Below, one piece after another: positions 9,146 through 19,676 of a DNA stretch of 64,000 nt. The position numbers and the translations under genes are program-made. The stretch comes from Arenicellales bacterium (lineage in GTDB: Bacteria > Pseudomonadota > Gammaproteobacteria > Arenicellales > JAJDZL01). Position 1 is the first letter of the stretch; every line of letters begins with the position of its first letter. The notes under the pieces are model-generated. The model saw only the letters and a program-made list of their open reading frames with translations. It was not told the origin of the DNA and did no database searches. The stretch covers positions 647,433-711,432 of the forward strand of contig CBDCPT010000004.1 in the NCBI GenBank assembly GCA_965220395.1. Direction: 5' to 3'.

Positions 9146-9835
9146 TCAGTCTACTTCCGGCGTCGGATACATGAGTATTTCATGCATGTCCACTCGGGGA
9201 TGCTGTTCAACAGCAAAAAGAATCGTGCCGGCAACGTCTTCAACTTCCATTGCAATCGCCCGGCGCTCACTGAAAATTTCTGTGTTTGTGACACCAGGTT
9301 CGACGATCGTCACGCGAACACCAGAACCTCGAAGTTCCTCCCTCAGGTTATGCCCCATGCCCGTTATCGCCCACTTGGTCGCACCATACATGGACCCAGC
9401 AATAGGTCTTCTGCCGGCAGCTGAACCCAGCAACAGCAGGTGTCCTTTCGTTTTCTTAAGAGCAACAAGTCCGGCTCTTACAGTCAAACCAATACCATAA
9501 ATGTTGGTGATGATCATTTCCTTCCATCGTTCAGGGTCACCTTCAGTGAAACCTCCGCCGGAATGATAAATTCCGGCGTTTGCGAGGATTACATCTATGC
9601 GGCCAAAGTTTTCAATGGTACGACCGACCATTTCCTGCTGATCGCCCCACTGAGTGACATCACACTGAATCGCAAGCGCACGCTCGGAACCACCGAGTTC
9701 TTCTGAAAGCTGATCAAGCCGATCTTTTCTGCGAGCTGCCAAAGCCACCCTGAAACCTCTTTTCACAGCTTCACGTGCGACAGCAGCGCCAATTCCGCTA
9801 GATGCTCCGGTAATCAGAAAAACTCTTTCGTTCAT
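9146..9835 (-). CDS. Short-chain dehydrogenase/reductase (SDR)
   Basis: 229 aa with the TGASSGIG cofactor motif and a YGATK catalytic motif. Confidence 0.85.
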   Translation of the reverse strand: MNERVFLITGASSGIGAAVAREAVKRGFRVALAARRKDRLDQLSEELGGSERALAIQCDVTQWGDQQEMVGRTIENFGRIDVILANAGIYHSGGGFTEGDPERWKEMIITNIYGIGLTVRAGLVALKKTKGHLLLLGSAAGRRPIAGSMYGATKWAITGMGHNLREELRGSGVRVTIVEPGVTNTEIFSERRAIAMEVEDVAGTILFAVEQHPRVDMHEILMYPTPEVD

Positions 9836-10175
9836 GTCTGCTTGTCACCAGCCAGGATAGTCATTGAGAATAGTTGCAAGCGGATTATTATAAATGCCAA
9901 ATCTCTTAGTTCATTGCATGGTTAATCGGAACATGTGCGTTGACACGGTCGGCAATTTGTGAGTTCACGCTCTGATTCACCCCATCGAAAATTCTGAGGC
10001 GTAAAGATGATTCTATAATTTATACGGATGAAATTATTCATACATTGCCTGTATCGCCAACATAACGGATTGCTGCCCCTCGAATCGTCAGCCTCACCGT
10101 ACACTGGACTAAAGCAATCTCGACCTCATATTCCTGAGTTGCTAACACCAACGAATTTGCTCCGTAAACCGCCTT

Positions 10176-11201
10176 ATGCCAACTAACGTCACAGCTGACT
10201 ATAAAAAAGCGGAACAGGCTTTTCGTGAAGCGAGAGAACCAACGGACCGCCTCCAGTGCCTCAAGGAAATGCTTCGTACCATCCCTAAGCACAAAGGTAC
10301 TGAGCATCTGCAACGAGACATTAAAACCCGGATAAAACTCCTGACCGATGAACTGTCAGGACCTCGAAAAGGTGGTGCCCGTACAGGTCCGTCGTACTCA
10401 GTTCGACCCGAAGGCGCGGTGCAGATTGCACTGTTGGGGCCGCCTAATTCTGGAAAATCTCAACTTCACCATACTTTGACTGGGGCACGAACAGATATCG
10501 GCCCTTATCCGTTCACGACACAACTTCCTATTCCGGGAATGATGCCGTTTGAAGATGTACACATTCAACTCGTCGATTTGCCGCCAATTTCCCAAGACTA
10601 CTTTGAGCCTTGGATCGTCAATGCTCTGCAACCAGCTGATGCTGCTCTGCTTGTAGTTGACATAACCAACCCGGAGTGTATTGACCACATTCAGCAGGCT
10701 GTCGGTCAACTCGAAGGCAGAAAGATCAATCTGACAAATCAGTTCGAAGAAGATAGTAGTAAAATCATCAGCCAGCAGGATGATTTTGCAGATCCGTTCC
10801 AGATTCGACTTCCTACCATACTGGTCGCAAACAAAATCGATCTCGCAAACAGCCCGGATGAACTGGATGCCCTCAACGATCTTGTAAATAACAATTTCCC
10901 TTCCATCGCAGTATCTGCGATGACGGGAGAGAACCTTGATCTCTTACCACGCATGATTTTCGACAAAATGAACATCGTGCGCGTATATACGAAAATTCCT
11001 GGAAAACCAGCTGATACCGAACGCCCCTTCACAATTATCTCAGGAGGTACGGTGTCCGACGTCGCACGGCAGATTCATAAAGATTTCGCTGAAACATTTC
11101 GATTTGCGAGAATCTGGGGGCAGCATGTATTCGACGGACAGCAGGTTGGCCCTGATCACGTACTGCATGATTTGGATGTGGTCGAACTTCACGTGAAGTA
11201 A
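10176..11201 (+). CDS. DRG/Rbg-like GTPase with C-terminal TGS domain
   Basis: 341 aa. N-terminal helical region resembles DRG (KHKGTEHLQRDIKTRIKLLTDEL). G1 is GPPNSGKS and G4 is NKID. TGS-like C-terminus (VRVYTKIPGKPAD ... IWG). The G3 motif reads DLPP rather than DLPG. Confidence 0.7.
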   Translation: MPTNVTADYKKAEQAFREAREPTDRLQCLKEMLRTIPKHKGTEHLQRDIKTRIKLLTDELSGPRKGGARTGPSYSVRPEGAVQIALLGPPNSGKSQLHHTLTGARTDIGPYPFTTQLPIPGMMPFEDVHIQLVDLPPISQDYFEPWIVNALQPADAALLVVDITNPECIDHIQQAVGQLEGRKINLTNQFEEDSSKIISQQDDFADPFQIRLPTILVANKIDLANSPDELDALNDLVNNNFPSIAVSAMTGENLDLLPRMIFDKMNIVRVYTKIPGKPADTERPFTIISGGTVSDVARQIHKDFAETFRFARIWGQHVFDGQQVGPDHVLHDLDVVELHVK

Positions 11202-11219
11202 GCAGGAAAAGAAAATCTC

Positions 11220-12446
11220 GTGAACGAAAAACGAATCATGGAACTGCGCGAACGAAAGATCGTTGGCGTAGTCGGGGCAGCTCATTTCTACTCACACTTC
11301 TATTTTTTGGTGCTGCCGCTCATGTTTCCGATTCTGTATGATGTTTACGGAATCGGATATACAGAACTCGGTATTGGCTATGCAGTGTTCAGTGCTGCAA
11401 CCGCACTGTTCCAGGCACCTATCGGATTTATTGTCGACCGATATGGCGCGCGATCCATCCTGATTGCAGGTGTCGCCGTGGAATCGGTGGTTTTAGCATT
11501 GTTCGGCGTTTTTCACAGTTACACATCCTACCTCATTTTGATGGGTTTGGCCGGCATGGCAAACGCAGTTTATCATCCGTGCGACTATTCAATCCTTACC
11601 CGTTCCATCCACAGCAGAAGCCTTGGTAAAGCGTTTTCGATTCACACGTTCTGTGGCCAATCGGGGTCCGTGGCTGCCCCTATAGTCATTGTGCTGATTA
11701 CTGCAGGTCTCAACTGGACTTATGCCTTGATGTTGTGCGGCGCTCTCGGACTGGTTGTGGTCGCATGTCTTGTAGTCGGATTTCGCGGTATTGAATTGCC
11801 CGACATTCAAGAAGCGGATTCAATGTTTCAGAAACGGGGAAGCAGCTTGCGTCTGCTGTTCAGTCTGCCTGTACTTCTCGGCTGGCTATTCTTTCTCGGC
11901 TTCGCAATGAGCAGTACGGGTTTGTATGATTTTTCGGTCTCTGCGTTTACCGAGATTTACGACTCAACGCTTGCTCAAGCAGGAATCGTAATCTGGCTGT
12001 TCCTGGCCGCCGACGCTGTCGGAATCCTCTGCGCGGGATTCTATGCGCATCGCTGGAACCGTCACCAACTAGTGGTGATGAACTGTTTCATCATTGTCGC
12101 TGCCTGCATGTTTTTCATTACGCTGGTTCCTATGCCACTGATGGTACTTTCCATACCGATGACCATCGCTGGATTCTTTTATGGATTCATTGCACCATCC
12201 AGAGACGTCATAATCTCAAATTTGGCACCTGCCAAAGACATGGGAAAGGTTTTTGGCACAGTTACCACCGGATTCAATGCTGGGGGAATATTGGGGCCGC
12301 CTCTGTTCGGATATTTGCTGGATCTAGGTGATCCATACTCAATTTTCTGGGGGGCCGGCATCATCTCCATTCTAACAATATTCACCACCATCAAACCTTC
12401 TTCACTACGGTTTCGGTCCGAGGTGTCTGCTGAACAAGGAAAGTAG
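11220..12446 (+). CDS. MFS transporter
   Basis: 408 aa with about 12 hydrophobic segments and the MFS loop motif VDRYGARS. Confidence 0.8.
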   Translation: MNEKRIMELRERKIVGVVGAAHFYSHFYFLVLPLMFPILYDVYGIGYTELGIGYAVFSAATALFQAPIGFIVDRYGARSILIAGVAVESVVLALFGVFHSYTSYLILMGLAGMANAVYHPCDYSILTRSIHSRSLGKAFSIHTFCGQSGSVAAPIVIVLITAGLNWTYALMLCGALGLVVVACLVVGFRGIELPDIQEADSMFQKRGSSLRLLFSLPVLLGWLFFLGFAMSSTGLYDFSVSAFTEIYDSTLAQAGIVIWLFLAADAVGILCAGFYAHRWNRHQLVVMNCFIIVAACMFFITLVPMPLMVLSIPMTIAGFFYGFIAPSRDVIISNLAPAKDMGKVFGTVTTGFNAGGILGPPLFGYLLDLGDPYSIFWGAGIISILTIFTTIKPSSLRFRSEVSAEQGK

Positions 12447-12454
12447 AAAAAGAC

Positions 12455-14086
12455 GTGGCCAATAATCAAAATACATGTGGCATAAGTCTCATGAAACTGC
12501 TCAAGAGTTATGGAACTGAGTTTGTTTTCGGCATTCCCGGAGTGCATACAATTGAGCTGTATCGGGGAATCGCAGAATCAGGTATTCAACACATTACACC
12601 GCGGCACGAGCAATCTGCCGGATTCATGGCAGATGGTTATGCACGTGCAACAGGCAAAGTTGGAGTCTGCTGCTTGATTACGGGACCTGGAGTAACCAAC
12701 GCGGCAACGGCTCTTGCACAATCCTACTCCGACTCAGTTCCAGTTCTGGCGATTTCGAGTGTGAATAAAACTGGAAGCCTGGAATTAGGACAGGGTGATC
12801 TGCACGAATTGCCGGCCCAGCAAAAACTGACTGAACACTTTACCGCATTCAGCCAGACGATTTTTGACGTTGAATCGGTGCCGGAAGTCGTCGCTCGGGC
12901 TTACTCTGTATTCGACGCAATGCGTCCGCGCCCTGTACACATCGAAATTCCAATTGATCTGATTGACAGCAATGTAGATTGGAACCCTGTACAGGCTATG
13001 CGAGTACAAGCGCCGCATGCTTCACAGAGTCTTCTAGAACGGGCCGCCAAGCGACTGTCTACAGCAAACAATCCCGCAGTCATATTTGGTGGCGGGTGTA
13101 AACATGCTGCATCAGAGGCAAATCAACTCATTGACCTGCTGAATGCCCCTGCAGTCACTACGTTCGCTGGAAAGGGAGTGATATCCGAGGATCATCCGCT
13201 CAGTTTAGGCGCAAACCTGTTACATCCCCCAATTCTGGATTTCCTGCAGCAAGCAGATGTCGTGCTTGCAGTCGGCACGCACTTGTCGGAAACCGATATC
13301 TGGAGTCGAGGAGGGGATATTGCATTTGACGGCGACTTGATTCGAGTGGACATAGATGCCGAGCAAATTTATCAGAATGCAATTCCCAGCATTGGCATCA
13401 TTGGTGATTCACGTCATGCATTACAGGAGTTGTCCAAGCTGATTTCCTCTATATCCAGTCGTATTCAACTGGGTCGAAGCAAACAGGAACATCTGGTAGG
13501 CAATTTACTCGACAGCACGCCGTCGCACTGGTACGAAAACACCTCAATTCATGCGAAAATCTGGAATATTATTCGAGGAGTTCTTCCAGACGATGGCATC
13601 ATCACAGCGGACTCCACGCAGATCGTCTACAGCGGAAACTATATCTATCCAGCACACCAACCTAGAACCTATCTCACTTCCACAACCGGTTTCGGAACGC
13701 TTGGCTATGCGCTGCCCGCGGCGGTCGGCGCAAAACTGGGCAAACCAGATGTTCCTGTAGTTTGCGTGGCTGGAGATGGCGGCTTACTCTTTACGATTCA
13801 GGAATTAGCCACGGCAGTTGAACACAGACTACCAATCGTTATTGTGCTCTGGCATAACGACGGGTACGGAGAGATACGGGATAATTTCAGTAGATTGAAC
13901 ATTCCCCTGGTCGGAGTCGATCTTAAGATGCCTGATTTTTTGACAGTTGCTAAAGGATTTGGCTGCGACGCCAAGCGTGCGGGCAATCTTGAGGAGTTTA
14001 CACAACAGCTGCAAAATGGATTAGAGGCCGATCGTCCAACCCTGCTGGAAATTCGGCCTGCAAATTTGCGAGATCATCAAGAATAG
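12455..14086 (+). CDS. Thiamine-pyrophosphate enzyme (acetolactate synthase / 2-oxoacid decarboxylase family)
   Basis: 543 aa. N-terminal GIPGVHTIELY, and a C-terminal TPP-binding GDGG ... NDGYGEI motif. Confidence 0.85.
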   Translation: MANNQNTCGISLMKLLKSYGTEFVFGIPGVHTIELYRGIAESGIQHITPRHEQSAGFMADGYARATGKVGVCCLITGPGVTNAATALAQSYSDSVPVLAISSVNKTGSLELGQGDLHELPAQQKLTEHFTAFSQTIFDVESVPEVVARAYSVFDAMRPRPVHIEIPIDLIDSNVDWNPVQAMRVQAPHASQSLLERAAKRLSTANNPAVIFGGGCKHAASEANQLIDLLNAPAVTTFAGKGVISEDHPLSLGANLLHPPILDFLQQADVVLAVGTHLSETDIWSRGGDIAFDGDLIRVDIDAEQIYQNAIPSIGIIGDSRHALQELSKLISSISSRIQLGRSKQEHLVGNLLDSTPSHWYENTSIHAKIWNIIRGVLPDDGIITADSTQIVYSGNYIYPAHQPRTYLTSTTGFGTLGYALPAAVGAKLGKPDVPVVCVAGDGGLLFTIQELATAVEHRLPIVIVLWHNDGYGEIRDNFSRLNIPLVGVDLKMPDFLTVAKGFGCDAKRAGNLEEFTQQLQNGLEADRPTLLEIRPANLRDHQE

Positions 14087-14094
14087 TCGGCAAA

Positions 14095-14132
14095 CAATAA
14101 GTATTTGCAATATTTTCTATTTGTAGGACAGT
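14095..14132. repeat. Left copy of a 38-bp imperfect inverted repeat
   Basis: CAATAAGTATTTGCAATATTTTCTATTTGTAGGACAGT matches the reverse complement of 15713..15750 at 32 of 38 positions. Confidence 0.75.
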
Positions 14133-14661
14133 CTTAAAACCCGCGAATTACTACCGCCCGTTGCACTAATTGTTCATTTGCCGAATAAAAGTCAAATCTC
14201 CCAAAAAACTACTAAACTGGAAGGCAAGGCGAAAATTTGCTGAAATCGTTAACCACCAAGAGACATCCCACCAGAATTGATGAATTAAATCCATTCCAAA
14301 GATAGATCTGAATCGGTGCCAGCGCAAGGCGATGCAAAAGATACAGCCGTCAGTAAGCTCGTCCGAAAACTAATAAAAAACAGGTCGGTTCCTATCGAAT
14401 TTTAGATAAATGCAAATAACTTCTGCCACAATTTTCATTGGATCAATCAAATTCATAGAATATTCTGAGACGACCGGAATAACAGGCCACGATACTGCGA
14501 CAAAAAAGTGAAAACATTTCGACAAATTCCCTTTCAGAGGCTTGCAAGTCGGCTTCACCAACCCGCACAGTAACAAGTGTCGGTTACGACTATTTCACTA
14601 TTTCAATCATGAACATCTTTTCAGCAGTAAGGAATTGAATACAGGCAGATCATGACATCTT

Positions 14662-15195
14662 TCAATAACGACCCAGAGTAATGCGCGTCGTGGAAAGTAC
14701 ATCGTACTTCTTCTTGCTGGTTTTTATGACAGCCAGAACATCAGCGACATATGTGTGGCGATTCCCCCCGGAACATGGCGGGAGATATCCCTGGCTGAAC
14801 CAACCACCGGTGGCACGGTTCTTCTTCACTAGCCAAACCCCTTCTGGCATCTTTTTGGTGCCGCCGGGTACAGCTTTTAACTGAGCCACCCCTACGCCCA
14901 TCTCAATCTCAAAGCCAATTTTTCCATGTCCGCCCTTTTTTGAAAGCGGTTTGAATTCCAGATCATTGAATTCAACGACGATTGCATTGGCCTCGGCCGG
15001 TATGTTGAAAACCTGTAGAGGAGGAGTCGAACCATCACCGCCAAATTTCTTGCAGTGCTGCCCTTTCGGTATAGTGACACCATCCCATGCTGAATCAGCA
15101 AATTCAACAATCAGCTCGTCAGCATTGACACCACCCATGCAAACAAGAATAAGAACTGCGCCGAATGTAGCTGTCAGTGTTCTTTGCATTTTCAT
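14662..15195 (-). CDS. Secreted PEBP/YbhB-like protein (divergent)
   Basis: 177 aa with an N-terminal signal peptide. The GYLPPCSGGNRHTY segment resembles the PEBP GPxPPxGxHRY motif. Confidence 0.45.
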   Translation of the reverse strand: MKMQRTLTATFGAVLILVCMGGVNADELIVEFADSAWDGVTIPKGQHCKKFGGDGSTPPLQVFNIPAEANAIVVEFNDLEFKPLSKKGGHGKIGFEIEMGVGVAQLKAVPGGTKKMPEGVWLVKKNRATGGWFSQGYLPPCSGGNRHTYVADVLAVIKTSKKKYDVLSTTRITLGRY

Positions 15196-15712
15196 GTTTA
15201 TCTCCTAGAACAATTAGTAAATTCTCTACTACACAGTATGACTGTCCTAATAATAGTTGATTTGCGGTAGCATACATATTGACTGTTGGCAGTAAATGCA
15301 AACGCCTGTGCTGAATAGCTCATTCGCAACGGATGAGCGGTTCCGTTGTTTTTGCCGCTTGGAGATACTATTGCAGTGATTGAGTGCCCTTAATTCACAA
15401 GGTACTTAAATGGGAATTATCAAGAATAGTTGGTGAGTGAAAAATTACTCTAGTTCTCTTGACTTTAAGAATCATTTGAATTTTCAGGTCTAACGCCTTG
15501 AAGAATTGAAACAACATCGTCCAGTTCAAAATCGGTGATCCGGGGAGTTAGATTCTCCTGTTGCTGAATTCGCCGGTCTATCGATTCTCGGCGGAGTTTT
15601 TTCGGGCTGCTGGTTGGGGGTTTATACATTGCTCTACTCGGAATATCTACTTTCAAAGCCGCCCAGACCGGTTCAAACGTTTACCCGTATATGGATCGTT
15701 CATGAATTTTTT

Positions 15713-15750
15713 ACTGTCCTACATTTAGAGAAAATTGCTAATATTTATTG
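15713..15750. repeat. Right copy of the 38-bp imperfect inverted repeat
   Basis: Reverse complement CAATAAATATTAGCAATTTTCTCTAAATGTAGGACAGT. A more degenerate third copy starts at 15241 (ACTGTCCTAATAATAG...). Confidence 0.75.
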
Positions 15751-15857
15751 CCTGTCAGCTTTGATTGACAATCCTCCAAATTTTACCTGACAGGATTAAC
15801 GAATATCGGATTGCCTGAGCTGCTCGACCTTTCAATTCGCGCAAAGAGGCTTTCGGC

Positions 15858-16556
15858 TCACGCTTGTTCCACAACAAGATAACACGGTCGTCCCCAGTAG
15901 GTGTCGGGATTACTCATCATCAAGTCAACGAATATTGGAACCATAAAAGCGAGAATATTTTTTGAATCCTTGATTTGTTCCCGATTGACACTGCTCTGCC
16001 AGGTAGCGGCACCATGAAATACCTGATTCCTCAATACGTACAGGCGATCAAAAATCAAGTCAAGTATTCTTGCTGTATCCTCCCTCTGAAGCGCTCGAAG
16101 ACTCATCTCCTTGGTTTTCTCGAATCTTTCCTCCCAGTTTTCATTGCCTGGTATTTGATTGTAGTGATTCCAGAATGGTTGATAGACATACTTGTTGCGC
16201 ATTAGGTTTCGAACCGGATCTGAAAACTGATGCCACAGTTCATCATAAATTCTGTGATTTTTATCCAATTTGGCGATTTTCTCAAAAAATAGCTTGTAGG
16301 CTCCCCTTTCCCCCTCAATTGATTCTGAATACTCAACCTTTTCTCGCGCATACAGAGCATTGAACGCCAGCCAGTAGAAGATAAATGCGGCATCATCATC
16401 GTCTTGTTGTCCCTCTGCGCGAGTAAGCCAACTTAACGAACGGTGAACGCGAAGGGCGACATCTTTAGGGAACGTTTCCAAGATTTCACTTTTTCGTTTA
16501 AGCAAATCTTCGGCAGTCAGGTTGTTCATCTCAACGCTCAATTTCACTCCCTTCAA
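15858..16556 (-). CDS. Stand-alone HEPN-domain protein (predicted RNase fold)
   Basis: 232 aa, all-helical. Carries an R-x4-H motif in the context YVLRNQVFHGAATW. No adjacent MNT or nucleotidyltransferase partner. Confidence 0.5.
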   Translation of the reverse strand: MKGVKLSVEMNNLTAEDLLKRKSEILETFPKDVALRVHRSLSWLTRAEGQQDDDDAAFIFYWLAFNALYAREKVEYSESIEGERGAYKLFFEKIAKLDKNHRIYDELWHQFSDPVRNLMRNKYVYQPFWNHYNQIPGNENWEERFEKTKEMSLRALQREDTARILDLIFDRLYVLRNQVFHGAATWQSSVNREQIKDSKNILAFMVPIFVDLMMSNPDTYWGRPCYLVVEQA

Positions 16557-16752
16557 ACAGACGTCACTAGTTGAAAATTTATCACAATCGGCCGTCGATA
16601 TTAAATTATTTGTCGAGAAAATTCTTAATCGAAATTCATGTACAACCTCAGTCTCGGTAATTTAGAAAAGTGTTTGTATTCAAATAGCGAAAGCTTCAAA
16701 AAGTTCTTTATTTGATGCCATTTCGCATAAAAAATGACATCAAATTGGATAC

Positions 16753-17742
16753 TCAAGGGATCAGTACGGTAGCACCTACGGTCTTGCCGCTTTCAATCGC
16801 CTGATGTGCCTTGGCCGCGTCCTTCAATGCATATTCGTAATTGATGTGGGCTTGAATTACACCCTTGCCGATTGCTTCAAACAAGCCTTCCGCAGTACTG
16901 ACCAGGTCCACCCGTTTCTCAACATAGTGCATGATCGCAGGACGCGTAATGAATAAAGAGCCACGACTTCCCAAGTCTTTGATTATGTCAACCGGTTCGG
17001 GTGGCCCCGACACATGCCCATAAGCTGCGCAAACACCCATGGGGCGTAAACTATCCAGCGATTTCTGCAGGGTATCCCTGCCAATGGACTCATATACGAC
17101 GGCAACCCCTTCACCGTCGGTTACTTCGCGAACTTTCACAACAAAATCTTCATTTGCTCTTACAACCGGGTAGTCGCATCCTGCAGCACGGGCTGCTTCC
17201 GCTTTCTCCAACGTGCTGACAGTGCCAATAACAGTTGCACCCAGTGCTTTCCCCCACTGACATAAAAGGAGCCCCATGGCACCTGCAGCTGCATGCACCA
17301 AAATCGTGTCACCGGGCTGTACGCAATAGGTCCGATGCAGAAGATAGTGTGCTGTCATCCCTTTCAGCAGCAAGGCAGCTACTTGCCGGTCTTCCAGTGC
17401 ATCCGGTACATGCACCAGTTGATCAGCAGGATAGTTTCGAACTTCCGAATAACTCCCAAGTGGAGGAATTGCGTAAGCGACGCGGTCACCCGCTTGAAAT
17501 CCGCTCACCTCGGTTCCTATGTCTTCGACAATTCCGACAGCTTCAAAACCGATCACTACAGGGCAAGGGGGAACTGGCCACGGATGCGGTATGCCGCCTC
17601 GGTGATAGGTATCCGCAAAATTCACCCCAACCACTGTGTGCCGCAAACGAACTTCATTGGTCTGGGGATCTGCGACTGACCAATCCTGCCAGCACATGTT
17701 TTCCGCGACGCCAAGTTCGTGAACTACCAGTGCTTTTGGCAT
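16753..17742 (-). CDS. qor: NADPH:quinone oxidoreductase (zeta-crystallin/MDR family)
   Basis: 329 aa. MDR fold, an AAAGAMG cofactor motif, and no zinc ligand set. Confidence 0.85.
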   Translation of the reverse strand: MPKALVVHELGVAENMCWQDWSVADPQTNEVRLRHTVVGVNFADTYHRGGIPHPWPVPPCPVVIGFEAVGIVEDIGTEVSGFQAGDRVAYAIPPLGSYSEVRNYPADQLVHVPDALEDRQVAALLLKGMTAHYLLHRTYCVQPGDTILVHAAAGAMGLLLCQWGKALGATVIGTVSTLEKAEAARAAGCDYPVVRANEDFVVKVREVTDGEGVAVVYESIGRDTLQKSLDSLRPMGVCAAYGHVSGPPEPVDIIKDLGSRGSLFITRPAIMHYVEKRVDLVSTAEGLFEAIGKGVIQAHINYEYALKDAAKAHQAIESGKTVGATVLIP

Positions 17743-17790
17743 TTTGTCAGTGTCTGTAAGGTAAAATTTGAATTCCAGCGATAGGCTAAC

Positions 17791-18882
17791 TTACAGCGTA
17801 CCATCCACTTTTAGTCTTTCGTGCATGATCGGACTGGTTGTGGTGAACTGAACTCTTTGCTTGAGTTCAGGATACAGATAATGCTGCACTCCAAAAGCAG
17901 CCATTGCCGCTTCGTGGAACCCACAAAGAATGAGCTTCTTTTTCCCAGGATAGGAAACTATATCTCCGATCGCGAATATTCCCGGCTCGCTGGTCTGGCA
18001 GTCGGAAGTTTCTACGGTTATCGTCTTGCGGTCAAGCTGCAAACCCCACTGCGCGATAGGACCAAGATTTGGAGATAAACCATAGAAAGCAAGCAACTCG
18101 TCAAACTCTATATCGATGGTCTCCGGGGCATCGCCGAATGTGATCACCCGAATACCTGCGAGTGCGTCATTGTTTTCGATAATCTTTTCTATTCGCCCGA
18201 TGTGATATACCATGGAACCATCGTTTCGAGTTGCCAGTTTCTTCATTTTCTCAACAGATGCAGGCTGAGCGCGAAACTCTTCGCGGCGATGCACCAATAC
18301 GACACTTTGCGCAATTTCGTGCAGTTCGAGTACCCAATCCAAGGCCGAGTCACCGCCACCAAGGATAGCGACTCTCTTGTCCCGATATTTCTCTTTGTTC
18401 TCAACGTGATAATTCAGATTTTTACCTTGGTAGCTGGCAGCGCCAGGTGTTCGCAGCGGCCGAGCGTCAAAAGCTCCCAAACCACCCGCAATCACGATCG
18501 AACCGGCATCAAACTGAGTTCCAGATGATGTCGTCACATCAAATCTTCCGTCTCCGCGTTTACTGACCCCCGTAACCTGTTGGCCAAGCACATACTCTGG
18601 ATCGAATGGCGAAGCCTGTTGTTCCAGCAAATCAACCAACTCTTGTCCACCGACTATGGGGTAAGCCGGAATGTCATAAATTGGTTTATCTGCGTACAAG
18701 GTTGAACACTGTCCACCAGTTCTGGGGAGAGAGTCAATAATATGACATTTGATTCCGAGCAATCCCAGCTCAAATATCTGAAACAAGCCGCATGGGCCTG
18801 CTCCAACGATAATTACTTCAGTGTTAATTTTCATTCTGGTGTAGATGCCTTTGTTGAAATATTCCTTTACCAGCGTATGCAA
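17791..18882 (-). CDS. Thioredoxin-reductase-like ferredoxin-NADP+ reductase
   Basis: 363 aa with GAGPCG and GGGDSA dinucleotide motifs, and a TGGQC region typical of TrxR-type FNR. Confidence 0.8.
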   Translation of the reverse strand: MHTLVKEYFNKGIYTRMKINTEVIIVGAGPCGLFQIFELGLLGIKCHIIDSLPRTGGQCSTLYADKPIYDIPAYPIVGGQELVDLLEQQASPFDPEYVLGQQVTGVSKRGDGRFDVTTSSGTQFDAGSIVIAGGLGAFDARPLRTPGAASYQGKNLNYHVENKEKYRDKRVAILGGGDSALDWVLELHEIAQSVVLVHRREEFRAQPASVEKMKKLATRNDGSMVYHIGRIEKIIENNDALAGIRVITFGDAPETIDIEFDELLAFYGLSPNLGPIAQWGLQLDRKTITVETSDCQTSEPGIFAIGDIVSYPGKKKLILCGFHEAAMAAFGVQHYLYPELKQRVQFTTTSPIMHERLKVDGTL

Positions 18883-19676
18883 CTACTGGCTCAGTGTTAC
18901 ATGCGTGAGTTTAGGTTAAACTGTTGTTGATGTTCACCAAACGGTGATTCATAGCAAATTATAGACACTAGAGCACTGTGCCTAATGTATCTGCGAGTGT
19001 TTCGACAAAAATTTTTAGCAATTCATCAGTCAATTACCAACCAGTGTCAAAATTCGTGAGTACGGTCACAATGTGTTCGAACCTTCGCGGAAATTCTATT
19101 CAGCCTATTATTTATCGGTGTCACGAAGTAGTCTTTTTGTCAAGACCATCCTCCAAAACAATTCGAATTCAAGACCGAGATGGTATTTTGACAGTGTGTA
19201 GATAATATCTCCCCCGATTACTCCTAATGACAAGCCGATTATCAGGATTTCTTCTTTTCTTTGGCTCGTGTCGAACCTATTCTGAATTTCGGTAACTCAA
19301 GCAGTTCACGGAACAGTCTGTTTGGAAGCAAGGTTCGGCAAAATTTGAATCTTCAATCTATTACAACAATTTTCCTACTAGTAGCTTCTTATTGCTCTTC
19401 AAAGCCAATTGTGCAAGGTAAATTGACAATCTTTTGCCCGAACCCGCAAGTCAGAGATTGACCTTCAGAACTGAACCTACGAAGTACGGTTGGTAACTGA
19501 GCGTCACGCACCGACAGAATTCTCCAGGGCGGCCTGGAGTCGAATTAACAAAGGAAGTGATGCAGAACCAGTTGGCGTGTTCATCATGTATATATATTCG
19601 CTGAGTAAATTAATTGTGAACGCATAGAAAATGTACATACGGACGCTCATCACTAATTCATCTCACAACAAGCATC

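Noticed and set aside
15465-15656. 63-aa minus-strand ORF as a possible partner of the HEPN gene.
   Set aside because: It is 200 bp away from the HEPN gene, I noticed no RBS, and the translation has no recognisable fold or motif. Left unannotated.
19516-19548. Imperfect hairpin (AATTCTCCAGG-GCGG-CCTGGAGTCGAATT) about 130 nt upstream of the AAA+/DUF4143 gene.
   Set aside because: The stem is short, has a bulge and has no T-run. There is not enough evidence to call a terminator or a regulatory element.
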